From positions 1,204,485 through 1,266,484 of the forward strand of contig MU053431.1 in NCBI GenBank assembly GCA_013239625.1: a stretch of 62,000 bases of DNA. The letters are read 5' to 3'. The notes under the pieces are model-generated. The model made no database searches and was not told the DNA's origin. It saw only the letters and a list, made by a program, of their open reading frames with translations. A program made the translations under genes and the position numbers. Positions 47,831 through 59,561 of the stretch are shown here, one piece after another. Position 1 is the stretch's first letter. Every line of letters begins with the position of its first letter. This DNA comes from Lama guanicoe. Its lineage: Eukaryota.

Positions 47831-50800
47831 CCATGCGAGAGCCCCCACGCTGACGCTGGTGGCTCCTGCAGATGGATGCACCAGTGAGCAACGGCACGCC
47901 TTGGAGCTGATTTTGGAACCGAGCAAGAACCCTGCGAGCTGCACGCCCCACCCCCGCCAAGCACAAAGGCCCCTCCATGTCCCCGGCCTCTTGTCTGTAG
48001 AGAAGCTGAAGTCTCCAGGCCTCCCTGAGCCACAGAAGAGCAGGCGCAAGCAGCAGACGACGAGGACAGCAGAGTCGCAGACTCAGTGTCTGACGCACGT
48101 TCCTGAGTCGGTTTACAGACACCGTAACTGCCCCCAGAGGGACAAGCTGCCTGCGCATTGACCAGACTGCAGCCGTGACACGGCTGCTCCATCTCGAGCA
48201 AGACTGAAGCTTCGGCCAGCACTGGCCTCAAGAGAATGGACTAACACTCCTGCCCGTGATAACCTGTGTCTTCACGGGCATCAAAGTAACTGCGGCTTGT
48301 TCTGCCCGAATATGCAAACAGACAACCACAACTGCCAGCAAGGAGATGCTGTGGACCCAGGCGGCCATCTTTCTCCCGGAGAACACGGCACCCTGGGGCC
48401 GCAGGAAGAAGTCCAGGAGACGGCCTTTGCCCCTAGTCCCATAGAAATGGAAGGCCGTTCTGGCCAGCGGGGACTGGTAAGCAGCTTTGGCAGGGGCGGG
48501 CTCTCTGCAGGGGCCCCTTCTGCCCTGGCCCTTCAGCAAAGCTGTTCTGTCACCAGCCTTCAACCAGGCGCCCCACGCTCACCAGCCTCTGGCCCAAACA
48601 CACCTTGCAAGTCTTTCCATCACCCAGTGCTGGTTCCTTCCACAGATCCAAGAGGCAGGAATGGAGAATAAGTAACAGACGACCAGATCTCTCCCCCAGC
48701 TTCCTTCCCGTCAGCCACCGCGCGAACAGGCTGTGTGAACAAGGAAGCACCTCGGGAACATCACGAGGAGTCGACAAGCCTGCGCCGGTGGGGGAGGCGG
48801 CGACTCTGACCCCGGCGCCATGGTCACTGAGATCACTTCTGCTTTTCCCTTTGGAACTTCCACGGCCAAGGAGAGTCCTGGGCACTGGTCTTGGGGGGAC
48901 ACTGAGTCCTCCTTCTCCCCAGAGGCCTGGCTTTCTGATTCAAAGCAACACTTCCCATTTTTACCAACACCTGCCGTGCGCCCACTGATTTCTGAGCAGG
49001 CAGAAGCTGGACCTGAGTTCGGTAATATTTTTACTTGGAAAAGATAAACTTCCACTCTGAACCTAATTTTACCTGATAAACACAGGCTGGGCACTGCCTC
49101 GTGAGAGCCAGGAGCACCCTCGGCTCTCCTGGCCGTGTCCTTAGCTCCTCTCCCATCTGACCCCAGCCCCAGGTGCCCTGAGAACAGCCCTCCTTCTCTT
49201 CCCTCAATATACGTTCCTCCACCGATTGCCCCTAGAGGCTGCCCCATCCTGACAGCCCACGGCTGCAGGGGGTGAAGGAGGCAGGACCCTGGTGCGGGAA
49301 ACATCCCTGAGTGGAGATACGGGGGGATGGGAGGTAGGACTCAGTTACCACCTACCTGCCACATGCTGGACCCCTCAACGGAGCATCTCACAGCAAGATA
49401 CGTGGGACGTGCTGACCCCCCCTCCACGGAGGACGGCTGCGGCCAACTTTGGGGCCAGCTTGATCGTGGTACCATTTGCCAGGACCGTGCTGACACCGCC
49501 AGGCTGTGGGGTCCCACTGCTCCCTGAGCCCTGTGTCCACTTGCACAGTCCAGGGCCCCCCTGCTGCCTTAGCAAACCCCTCCCAAGGCAGGAGTGCCAC
49601 ACCTGGACCTGCCCTGATGATGCCCAGGGTGGGCTTCTCGTGCACAGCCCTGAAGCACCTCGGACCGAGGGTGGGTGGGGGCAGTGCAAGGGCACAAGCC
49701 AGGGTCTCTCCTGACCCAACACATCAGTTTTAAGCAGCCCTGTCTGAGAAGGGGCCTCGTCTGGTCCCTGGGTCTGTGGGTGGAGGGCAGGGTGTGTGGC
49801 CCAGTCAGCCCCCTTTGTAAGCGGGACTGAGGCCCAGAGCCCCTCAGAGGGGGCCTGCCCTGGAATGCCTGAAGACCACCCCACGCTGCCCCGCACTTGC
49901 TGCCCCAGCCAGCAGCCTCCTGGAGGCCTGGGTGGCAGTAGCCACATCCGGACTCAGGCCCCTAGGGGTTGTGTCAGCATAGGGGACACTCTGCAGACTG
50001 ATGGCCTCATAAGCACTGAGTCACCTGGGCAGCTTCAAGCCTCACCAAAGAAGGGCCTTCGAGGTCGACAGCGAGGGAGCACGAGGCCCTGGGCACCCGT
50101 GGAAGGGCCGAAGGACTGGGGTGTAGCCAGGTGTCGGGGTCACTCACGCATGGCCTGAGTCTGGCAGACCACTCACTCTGCCCTCCCCCAACCCACGTGC
50201 TCCATCACACATCCCCAAATGCCCAGCAACCCCCCAATCCGCCCCACCTGCCACACCCCCACAGTCACGCGCAGACTCAGGTGCACACGCGAGCGCGCGG
50301 CTGTCCTGACTCACACTTAGCCAAAGGGTGCTGTCCGCGGTGCTGACTTCCAGCCGCCCAGCCCTACTCCTGTGCGGCTTCAGAACACGCCCGCGCGGAC
50401 TTTGCCCGTCTGCTTGGAAAATTACCTCCGAGACAAGAACGGGGACGGGGTGAGGTGAGGTGAGGTCAGCCCTGCTGAGCTCCAGCCACAGAGACCTCGC
50501 TTCTCCTGGCCCTTCCCTGCTGGGCTGGGCAGCGGGGAGGACGCCAGGGCAGCCGCTCCCAGGGGCTCCACGTGAGCAGCGCCCCCTTGCAAGGCCCAGG
50601 AGAAATGTTCACAGACTTCTCTGTGGGGAGAGCTGCCCCCCCCCCGGACTGTCCTGTGGCTCTCACTGCCTCTTCTCTTTGTCTGATTCCTTAAAACAAC
50701 TTAATTATTTAATGTTTATGTGTTTTAACTCGACTTTTTCCTCTAGCCTGCCTCCACACCTTGGCAGGACAGTGACCTCCCTGGCTGCCCCCACTGTGTT

Positions 50801-50879
50801 CCCAGTGTCCGGCACATCCCAAATGGAAAGACACGCTAACCAGGCCCTGGACACCCCAGGGCAGCAGCAAGTGTGTAGC

Positions 50880-51130
50880 CAGAGCCTGGCCAGAGTCAGG
50901 ACCCAGGTTTGAGTCCAACTCTGCCCTTCTTGGAGCTCCTGACCTTGGACAAGTCCCCAAAAGGTCTCCGGGCCAACACCACCTGCCCGATGGGTGGTTG
51001 GGAAGATGAACTGAGACAGACAAAGGCAAAGGGCCCGAGAGCACTTCAACGGGCACAGGGGACCCACACTGCATGGCTAGCCCTCCAGGGGCACGTGCGA
51101 TGGTCACCAGGCATGTAGTGCCTGCGCACA
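50880..51130 (+). mobile_element. MIR SINE (degenerate)
   Basis: GAGTCAGGACCCAGGTTTGAGTCCAACTCTGCCCTTCTT...TGACCTTGGACAAGTC matches the MIR 5' half. Confidence 0.65.
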
Positions 51131-51424
51131 GGGTGTGGGATGTGTGCGTGTTCAGAGCGTGCACCGTCTCCCTCCACCACACACCCAGGTAGCCAGTGGG
51201 CATGTCACTCCTGGCCCCACTGGCTGAGACCTCCGCCCACCACCGAACACCAAGGAGAGACGCTAGAGGTGACTCAGGAAGGGAGCAGAGAAACTTCCAG
51301 AAGCATGCTGGCCAGTATGTCCAGGGCGGGGGGGCGGGGGGGGGCGAACTCTCTGCACCTGGAGCCAGGAGTGAGTCTGCTCTTGTAGCTTGGCCTTTTC
51401 CTTCCCTTTAAATTTTCTGGAATG

Positions 51425-51438
51425 GTTGCCATGGAAAC
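51425..51438. promoter_or_regulatory. RFX X-box motif
   Basis: GTTGCCATGGAAAC fits the X-box consensus GTNRCC-N0-3-RGYAAC family (one mismatch to the palindrome GTTGCCATGGCAAC). Confidence 0.55.
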
Positions 51439-51789
51439 TAAGAGGCCTGAGGTCAGGAGCAGCTGAGGAGGAGGAGGCAGCTGGGCACTGGGCAGCGGGG
51501 CCTGCTGGGAGGGCCAGGCAGGGACAGTTACAATGCCGGAGGAGATGCCTCTGGGCACCCACCCCTCTGCCGTCCACACCGCCTGCTCCTTGGGGACGTG
51601 AGGACTCGGTGTGGTCGAGGTCACTGAGAGGGAAGGGTGATGATGGAGATGAAGCCGGGTGATGGAAACACTGGCCGGGGAGGGGGCCCCACAGTGGCGA
51701 CCTCTGGAGGGTCAGTGCTAGAGACCGGGCCAGCCCAGCCTCACATGTCGTTTGGTCTGCTCGGCTCGTCCTGAAACGCTGGACCAACT

Positions 51790-51958
51790 GCCGTGAGTGT
51801 CACCAGATTCAGGGCCCACCCAAGGAAGCAGTGACCTCACCTTGACATCCTTAACTTGATCACACCTGCTGAGACCCTTTTTCCAAAATAAGGCCACATT
51901 CACAGGCTCTGAGAACAAGGACTTGACATCTTTTGGGGGCCATTTTCAACCAACCACA
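51790..51958 (-). mobile_element. MLT1 LTR fragment
   Basis: GATTCAGGGCCCACCC...TGACCTCACCTTGA...GACCCTTTTTCCAAAATAAGGCCACATTCACAGG...ACATCTTTTGGGGG...TTCAACC. Confidence 0.75.
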
Positions 51959-54614
51959 ACTGTCAGCACTGAAAAGTCGGGAGGTTTTAATGCCACCACC
52001 AACCTCCCTCCTCGGCTCTCCTCCACCACCAAAAAGAACACCTGGGTTCAGGGCCTCTCTTGAGAAATCGCAGGCTTTCCCTCTGGGCCAGCGATCAAGG
52101 CCACGGATGTGCGGGGAATCCGAGCAAGGGTGGCAGGAGAGACCTGGGAGGAGCCAGTGACCGCACGTGGGGGACTGTGACGGTTCTCTGTGCCCTCCCA
52201 GGCGACGACTTCTGCCCACGTGATCCTCCGTGAGCAGGATGGGGGACCCTGGAAGTGGTGCACGAGCGCCCAGGCCAGCTCGGGGCCTGAGGACTGGCCA
52301 GATGCCTGTCTCCAGGTGCGTCTGCTTTCGGCCCGCTCAGCTCGGGCCGGTCCCAGGCTCTCCCCACGGGGCCCTGGGGGGCCCACAGGAAGGAGCTTCG
52401 TGGGGTTCCAGGGCCTTTCCCTCAAGCCCGCTGCCTGGAAGTGTTGGGGATGAAATTAAAATTCATCTTCTAAGGCAACCAAAAAAAAATTTAAACATAA
52501 ACTTTCTACTCTGCCCGTTTGGGCCTCCTCCCTCCTCTCCAGTGTGCTGGTGATCTGCGTCTGTTAATCAGACCCCCCGCGGCAGAAACACCTGCTCAAC
52601 CATAAAGATCGGTTTTCATTCTTCCGGCGCCAGCCAGACAACCGTCCTTTCCCAACCCTGTGAGGGCTCACGATGACCCTCCACTTGCCACGCACGTGCA
52701 GACCCTGGCGGGCCTTGTGCACGAGGCCAGCATATCGCTTCCCCTGAAGATGCCCACTGGGTCAGAGCAGACCGGCCAGAAGACCTGGGGAGATGCTGGG
52801 CCGCGTTTCACGCACTCGGCACTGTCGCCCGCGTTGCTATCGCTAGCCGTGTTACCGGTGCGCTGCCAATCTCACGTGATCGTTGCTTCTTGCGTTACCA
52901 AATGTGTGGCCAAGCCTCCGATAAAAATAATGACGACTAAATGACTTGGGACGACTGACGAAACACACAGCCGCATGACAGCAGCGATGCAACAAGTCCA
53001 GGAGCGGGGAGAGGCACGCGGCAGGCTGCGGGACAGGCGGTCCCAGGGCTGCGGCTGCTGCCACTCGGCAGGGCCTCGCCAGTGGCAGCACACGGAGCGG
53101 CCCACCAACAGTCCTCAGCTGCCGGGGGTGCGCACCCCTAGACAACTCGGTCCTGAAGTGCCTCCCGAACCTGCATGGAAACGAAGCCCGAGAGGGAGGA
53201 GCCCCGCGCCCTCCGCGCACCTGCCACCAGTGGCGCGCTCCAGCGAGTCAGCGTCCCATCCCCCGCCCGTGGGCTGCAGTCAGGGCTCCCAGGGCAACCT
53301 CTCAGCCACCCTGGAGCCTGGGGAGATGGGGTGCTACTGCCGCCTCCACTCCAGAGACAAGAGGGCAGAAAGGCTGTCTGCACCCAGAGGAGAGGATGTG
53401 AGCCCTGACTCTGCCGGCGGGAGAAGAGGCCTGGGACCACCCTCAAGGGAAACCCAGCACGTGGGGGTGGGGTAGGGCAAGGTCTGGGGGCCCCACCCCT
53501 GCCACTGGTGCCCAGATGGGGGCTTCAGTCTGATGAGGTCGGCACCACCCAGCACCTCCCTGCCTGCACATCTCCTTCTACATGCTGCCCCGTCTCTTCC
53601 AGAATCCCTGAGGCCCTGGCCCAGGGCTGGCAGAGGCCCCCTCCCAGGGGGCGGCCCCTCCCCTCCCCACCCGGTGGGGGTCCTTGGCCCAGCCAGGGTT
53701 GGTGGCTACACCTTGACTCCTTGCCCGCTGCCCAGGGTGGGGGGAGGGGCCTTGAGGGTGGGGCGCAGGGTACTTGGGCAGGTTCTTTTCAGGGTGCCGT
53801 CCACAACGCTGGGAGGACATCAGTCCTTCCCCAAACTCCTGGAAGCCAGTTCTCAGGGCTGGGCTGGATCCACAGGCCTAGCTGAATGGACAATGAAGTT
53901 CTTGTCACCACCTTGCCCCAACATCTCCCAAAAAGGCTCCGTGCTGGGTCTTCAAGCATAGCCGGACCCAGGTGCTCCAATAACATCAAGACTCTCCACT
54001 CGTCGCCTGCGCTCTGGCCTCACGTCACCCCTCGCGGGCACTCTGGCCTCATCTTCAGCCGGGCTTTAGAGAAGCAGCAGCCAAGGTGGCCCTCGGCAGA
54101 CGAGCTGACCTCCTACCAGCCGCTCCCCAACTCAAACACCTAAGACTTTCTGTAGCACCTTCTAACCCCCCACCCGTCGCAGCTGTCCGCCCCACCTCCC
54201 CTTCCCAGACAGCCTTCATATAGGGCCAGCATCTCCAGGCCCTAAGCCCCATCCTCCCCGCCCACTCAGCACAGACTCCAGCCCACCTGCAGGGGCCCTG
54301 GCAGCACTGTCCACCCTCTGCACCCTTGGCTTCCTTGGGCAGGGGCTCACCCCTCTCTGGAGCCCCTCGCTCCCCACCCGACAACTCACCGTGCTCTCAC
54401 CCCGTCAGGTGTCGCCCCAGGGACTTTGTAGGCACGCAGACTTTGCCAAACGCCCCTGCCCAGGGCGTCACTGCAGGAGCGTGGCGGGGACGCCCTGGCC
54501 TTCCCTCTGCCGCCGGCTCCCCACCTAGGCCCAAGCACCAGCCTCTGCTCTCCTGCCAAACGCCTGAACGGGGCCCCCCACCCTCCCGCCCCACATCCGT
54601 CCAGCGCCAGAACA

Positions 54615-54748
54615 TGCCCACTTCCCCCCACAACCTGCACCTTCCTCTTGACCACATCCCACCCAAGACAATCCCCAACAGGACCTGCCCACTTCCCCCC
54701 ACAACCTGCACCTTCCTCTTGACCACATCCCACCCAAGACAATCCCCA
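54615..54748 (+). repeat. 71-bp-period tandem duplication (63 bp identical)
   Basis: 54615-54677 is identical to 54686-54748. Confidence 0.92.
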
Positions 54749-54769
54749 CCTGGGAACACAGCTTTCTCC

Positions 54770-55260
54770 TTTTTTTATTCACTTATTTTTGCGTTCTTAC
54801 TGAGATATTTCTGACGTTCAGTGACCTGCACGTGTTTCCAGGGTGCACCCTGAGAAGCTCTGACAGGTGTAGGCAGCTGTGAAGCCACTGCCACAATCAA
54901 GGTAATGAGCGTTGGGCACCCCAGAGGGTCCCGGTGCCCCCTGCACGACTCCCCACCCCCGGCCCCACTGATGGCGTCCTTTGATCACCGACGACTTGGC
55001 ACCTCCCCGTGCGCTACACAAAGGGAACCCCACGGGGGTCCTCGTCACCAGAGAACCACCATGTGGTCCTTCACTGAGTGAAAGGACCAGTTCCTCCACT
55101 CACCTGCAGATGGACAGCTGGGTTTTTCCCAGTGTTTAGCTACTTGGAATGAAGCTGTGGTGCACAGCTGTGCGCACGGCTGTGCGTGGTCAGATCCCTC
55201 ACGTCCCTCGGGCCGGTGCCCAGGGGCTCGGGGGCGGACCTGGTAACGCACAGCCCACTT
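54770..55260 (-). mobile_element. Ancient L1M (L1MD-like) 3' end
   Basis: T-rich start, GTGAAGCCACTGCCACAATCAAGGTAATGAGC, CCACTCACCTGCAGATGGACAGCTGGGTTTTTCCCAG. Confidence 0.65.
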
Positions 55261-56098
55261 CTGAAGAAACAGCCCAGGGCCGTGTCACCTACAGCCCGGG
55301 GGTCCCCGCCCTCCGGGCACTCGGCACGGCCAGTCCCTTCCTTCAGTTTTCAGACAAGCACAGGAAGAGGCCCCCGCCTTCCTCCTCAGCTGCACCGGCA
55401 GGAGGACCCATCCCCGGCCCCCCACCACCTCTGCCCAGGCTGCGGCCCCCGGCCGCCTCTCTCCCAGGCCAAGTCTGACCTCCTCTGGGGAGGGGCAAGC
55501 TGTGTCCACGCCCCACGCCCCGGGAAGGTGTCCTGCGGGGAGAGGTGCTCACTGGCACCTGCTGAACAAATCTGTTTCAGAAAAACATAGACCTGGGCAC
55601 CGCGATTCTCCTCAAAACTACAGAACTGCTGGCAGTCGGGTCTCAGCCTGGTGGGCCTTTTCTTAAGATAAAGTTCACATTTGGAGACCACAGTCTGAGA
55701 TAAGGGAAAACTAGTTAACAATTAACTGGCTAACTAGTGGCCGAGGACAGTCACAAGGTCTGTCTCAGTGACGGGCACTGCAGGAAGACCACGAGCTGTT
55801 GCCCGCTTCGCCCACCCCTGCGTCCATTCCCGCGCCGCCCCTCACCCCGCGGGGCCTCGCACACCGACCGGACCTGCAGGACCCCAGGCACTCCGTCCCG
55901 CACTGACGGACCTGAGTTAACTTCAGGCCAAGACCTCAGCGAGCACAAAGCACCAGTCGTGGTGGAAAGTGCGCGCGTGACTGAACCAACCAGCCGCCTC
56001 AGGCGTTTGCAGGAGAGAAGACTGCATGCTGTGCCCTTGCATCCCAGAGGAGGCTCTAAAACCCGGGTTTAGTTTCTCGTGTCACCCACCAACACAGG

Positions 56099-56480
56099 TG
56101 TCCCAGGTTGAACCACATCCTCCCCTAAAAAGATGACGTCGGAGCCCTCACGCCCCAGGACCGCAGGACGCGACCTTGCTCAGAGACAGGGTCTTCACAG
56201 AGGGCATCAAGTTAAAGCGAGGCCACTCGGGCGGGCAGTCCAAACGGCTGGCGTCCTAGGGAAAGGGGAGACTCAGGCTCAAAGGCAGGTGCGCACTCGG
56301 AGCAAACGCCACGTGGGGGTGAAAGGGCGACGCGTCCGTGGCCAAGGAATGTCGGAAACGCCCACAAACCCCGGGGCCCGGCGCCCACGGGGAGCAGCCC
56401 TGCCCACGCCTGGGTCTCCACTCCAGCCTCCAGACTGCGAGGACAACAACCGCTGCTCCCGCGGCCCGGCAGCCACAGGA
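56099..56480 (+). mobile_element. MLT1B/C-like solo LTR
   Basis: GGTTGAAC...GACCTTGCTCAGAGACAGGGTCTTCACAGAGG..ATCAAGTTAAAGCGAGG...CCAGCCTCCAGACTGCGAG. Confidence 0.7.
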
Positions 56481-57147
56481 GGGCATGCTCCCAGGCGTCA
56501 CTCGTCAGTAAACCCTCGTGGGGCCGGAGGTCCCTCCAAATGGTCAAAGTTAACATGAAAACTAGACGCCAACTCCAGTCACACCAACGACTGGGGGAGG
56601 CAGCGTGCTGGGGGAACGCAGGCGCTCCCCTTCACCCTCCCAGGAGCAACGGTCCCTCGAGGCCAACCTGCGACGCCCCCTGACCGAGACGGCGCAGGAG
56701 ACCTCCGGAGCCCCGGTCCTTCCCCGTCGTGCTGGGTCCACACGGGGCCGGGGCCAGGCTCCCAGGGCGTTCCTGAAGCCGTGCGCGCCCTCTCCCCGGG
56801 GCCCCCCGGCCTTACCTTCCCTCTCCCAGGGCTGCCCCAGCTCCTCTGCACGGACCGGAGCCCGGCGTCCACACAGCACGAGCCGCTGTGTGTCCGAGGC
56901 GGGGCGGCCCAGACCGTGAGAGCTCGCTGGGCGTGGCTCGGCCTCCGGGCCCTGGACTCCACACCCGGGTTAGACGCCGCAGCGCGCAGGGCCTGCCCTT
57001 GCAGGTGAGGCTGCTTCTGCCAGGTTCGCTGGGTTTTAGACACCAACCCTAAAAAGGAGCTTGTGAACACACACCTCAGCGAGCCCAGAGCTGAGCCTCT
57101 GGCAGCAGGATCTAACCCTGAAAACTGGGAAAAACAGGCAAGACGAA

Positions 57148-58464
57148 TGCAGATAAATTCGTTTTTAATAAAGGGGTTAATTCTCTTCCAATCCTATATA
57201 AAACCATAGCGATTAAAAACTTCATTTTGAAAGTAAAATATTTACATATGAACAAGTAACTGTGCAAAATTTACATGAAAAAATGGAAAGACAGGATTTT
57301 CCTAAAAGACAAAATAAAAGGTGTAACAGTTTCCAGGTGTCGATAAAAAACACTATCAGCACTCAGTCCACACACGCGCGGAGAGTCTAACGTGGGAATT
57401 CACACGGAGAAAGCCGGAGCATTTACAGTCATAAAAGTCCTATCGATAGACAATTTAATACAATAACCTCTGAAAATATAAAGAACCAATTAGTATATTT
57501 GTAATAAAAAAATAGGTACAAAGAAGGGGCTTTTGCTCTGGACGTCTGTAAAGTGGGCCCACAGCTTGCATACAGTCTCTTAGCAAAATAATTATAGTTA
57601 CACAGCCGTCTTCTGTCATGTGCCAAAAACTATGTACAGTTACCGACAAAATACACCAGCCATTTTTCAACACTTGATTCACACTGAGAAACAGTCTCTT
57701 GATGATTCTTCTCAACTTTGATTTTATTTCATCTAAGTTTTCACTTTTAGCTAAAAAACACAGTGCAAGTAAAATAGATTTATGCTGAAAAGGTTTTCAT
57801 TTCTTTTAACTTTACAGCTTTACAAACTATAGCAAATAAAATGCATTTGTACAGATGCTGACCACACATTCAGAAGGAGCCGCGGCGCCGGCCCCGAGAA
57901 GCAGAAGGGAGGTGGGCCCCGAGGCGTGGGCAGCTGAGGAACGCCCACCTGCGCCTCGGGAATCCCGAACGGAGGGCGGGGGAGGGGCGACGATAAATAG
58001 TCTAAAAAATCAGTTTGCTTTGCCAACTGACTAATACAAAAATAAAATAAGTGAAATGAGGTCATCGGCTGTAGACACACACCTACGGAGTAAGTTGGGT
58101 TGAACTAAACCAAATGCACAAATGATGCAGAAACCGCTATGAGCTGACAGAGGGCAGCTAATTATTTGCTAAACGATTCCATCAGTTTTTATATATGGCT
58201 TGTTTGGCAAGAAGGCCACTCAATCAAAGATGAGTTAAGATTTAATTGTCCTTTTAGAGTACCCACGGGCCTCTGTGTTCTCCGTTACAGAAACGTGTTT
58301 TCCTCCGTACAGAAGAGTTGACTTAGAAACAGGAATATAAAACTGCTCCATTGTAAAGAGGTGGCTGTTTTTTAAACAATATCCCATTTGCTTGTTACAA
58401 AAAGGCGTATCTGCAAACAAATGAAAAGTCCCCAGGCGTCTCCCTCTGAGAGGCCGTGTCCGAG
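57148..58464 (-). other. TAF4: TAF4 3' UTR (~1.3 kb; 3' end approximate)
   Basis: Sharp AT-rich island directly after the TAF4 stop codon, ending at ATTAAA plus downstream element. Confidence 0.8.
57164..57169 (-). terminator. TAF4: TAF4 distal polyadenylation signal ATTAAA
   Basis: Minus strand reads ATTAAA, a CA ~15 nt downstream, then U-rich TCTTGCCTGTTTTTCCCAGTTTT, at the edge of the AU-rich UTR block. Confidence 0.7.
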
Positions 58465-58632
58465 CTACTTAAGGAATGCTTTGTAGAGCAACAGTGAATG
58501 GCTTGTCTCGCGTTCATTTTCTAAACAAAATATGAGGTCCCTGAGGTTGACCCGCGTGATCCGCTGTCGCGTGAACTGTCTGGGGGTTCCGATGCCGGAG
58601 CTGCCTGGGACCGCCGAGCCTGGGCCCGAGCC
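58465..58632 (-). CDS. TAF4: TAF4 (TFIID subunit 4) last coding exon, conserved C-terminal domain
   Basis: Minus strand: branch point CACTAAC (~58662-58668), pyrimidine tract, cag|GGC; encodes GSGPGSAVPGSSGIGTPRQFTRQRITRVNLRDLIFCLENERETSHSLLLYKAFLK*; TAG at 58467-58465. TAF4 lies tail-to-tail with CDH4 in mammals. Missed by the ORF track because the exon has no start codon. Confidence 0.97.
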   Translation of the reverse strand, partial: GSGPGSAVPGSSGIGTPRQFTRQRITRVNLRDLIFCLENERETSHSLLLYKAFLK

Positions 58633-59547
58633 CTGGTGACGAGAAAGGAGAAGACAGCCGAGTTAGTGGTGGCAGGGTGGGCGTCAGAAGGAGGGGGCAG
58701 GGCCAGGTGCCGCCCCAGGACCGCGCGCCTGGGGTAGCTCATGTTTCCCTATAGGTGCCCCAAGGAGCCCTGATGCTGGAGGAAGCCAGGCCCGGGACAG
58801 GCTCCTTCCCGCAGGCCTACTGCGGGCGCTGACGTGCTTTACGAGTCCCTAATGGGGAGGGGTGAGAGCAGGGGCACGGACCCCCACGCCGACCTCCAAG
58901 ACTGCTGCTCTCAGGCACACACGCTTGAGAGCACGAACCCCGTGACGCCCCACAGAGCTCAGACTCTGGCCCCTGGGCGTGAGGAACGAAAAGGTGGTGG
59001 CGGAGGACGCAGAACAGTTCCGGGGCTTGCCGCTGGTGCCCCCGACCTCCAGTGTCCAGCGTCTCAGGAGGGCTATGTTGCACCTGCGGCTGGCTGTGTC
59101 ATCCCCACTTCGCTGACAAAGTCCAGACTCCTGGGCCAGGCAGGCTGGCAGTCGGCAGGCTGGGCCGCAGGACTCCGCGGTGACCACGGTCACCCATGGC
59201 CAGGAGGGAGCCCCCTGGGCTGACAGCAGCAGTTCAGCCGGCCTGCACCACGGGGAGCTGCCAGTGTTCTCCAGGACGTGGCGCGTGGCCCTCCGCAGCA
59301 GCGTCCTTCGGCGTGGCCCCGTCTCCATGGGACACTCAGGGGCCAAGGGCCCACATGCTTCCAGCTGGATGGCTCTCGCTCTTCCGTGCAGAATGAGAAC
59401 TAAGTGTCTGGGTTCTGATGGTTAAAGTTGCTCGTGTACATTTCAAGTGCAAAACTTAGATCTGGCATTTTTACAGCATTTTCTCAAAGTCTAAGCAGGT
59501 GGCAGCAATGAGTTCTATGAGGCTGGAGGAGGCCGCGCAGCGAGCGG

Positions 59548-59561
59548 CCAGCAGGTGGCGG
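59548..59561 (+). promoter_or_regulatory. CTCF consensus motif (TAF4 last intron)
   Basis: (GG)CCAGCAGGTGGCGG matches CCASYAGRKGGCRS. Confidence 0.5.

Noticed and set aside
53221..53237. CTCF site GCCACCAGTGGCGC
   Set aside because: One base short in the core spacing relative to the consensus.
54615..54748. CRISPR-like repeat-spacer array (also 39411-39460)
   Set aside because: Only 2-2.5 tandem copies without unique spacers, eukaryotic context, and no cas genes.
45960..57140. Orthologue of the human intergenic miRNA MIR1257
   Set aside because: I could not see a match to the mature sequence as I recall it, or a convincing hairpin; a proper search was not possible.
58370..58467. TAF4 stop-codon readthrough (TAG-C)
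   Set aside because: Not the established UGA-CUAG context, and the ~30-codon extension has no recognisable motif.
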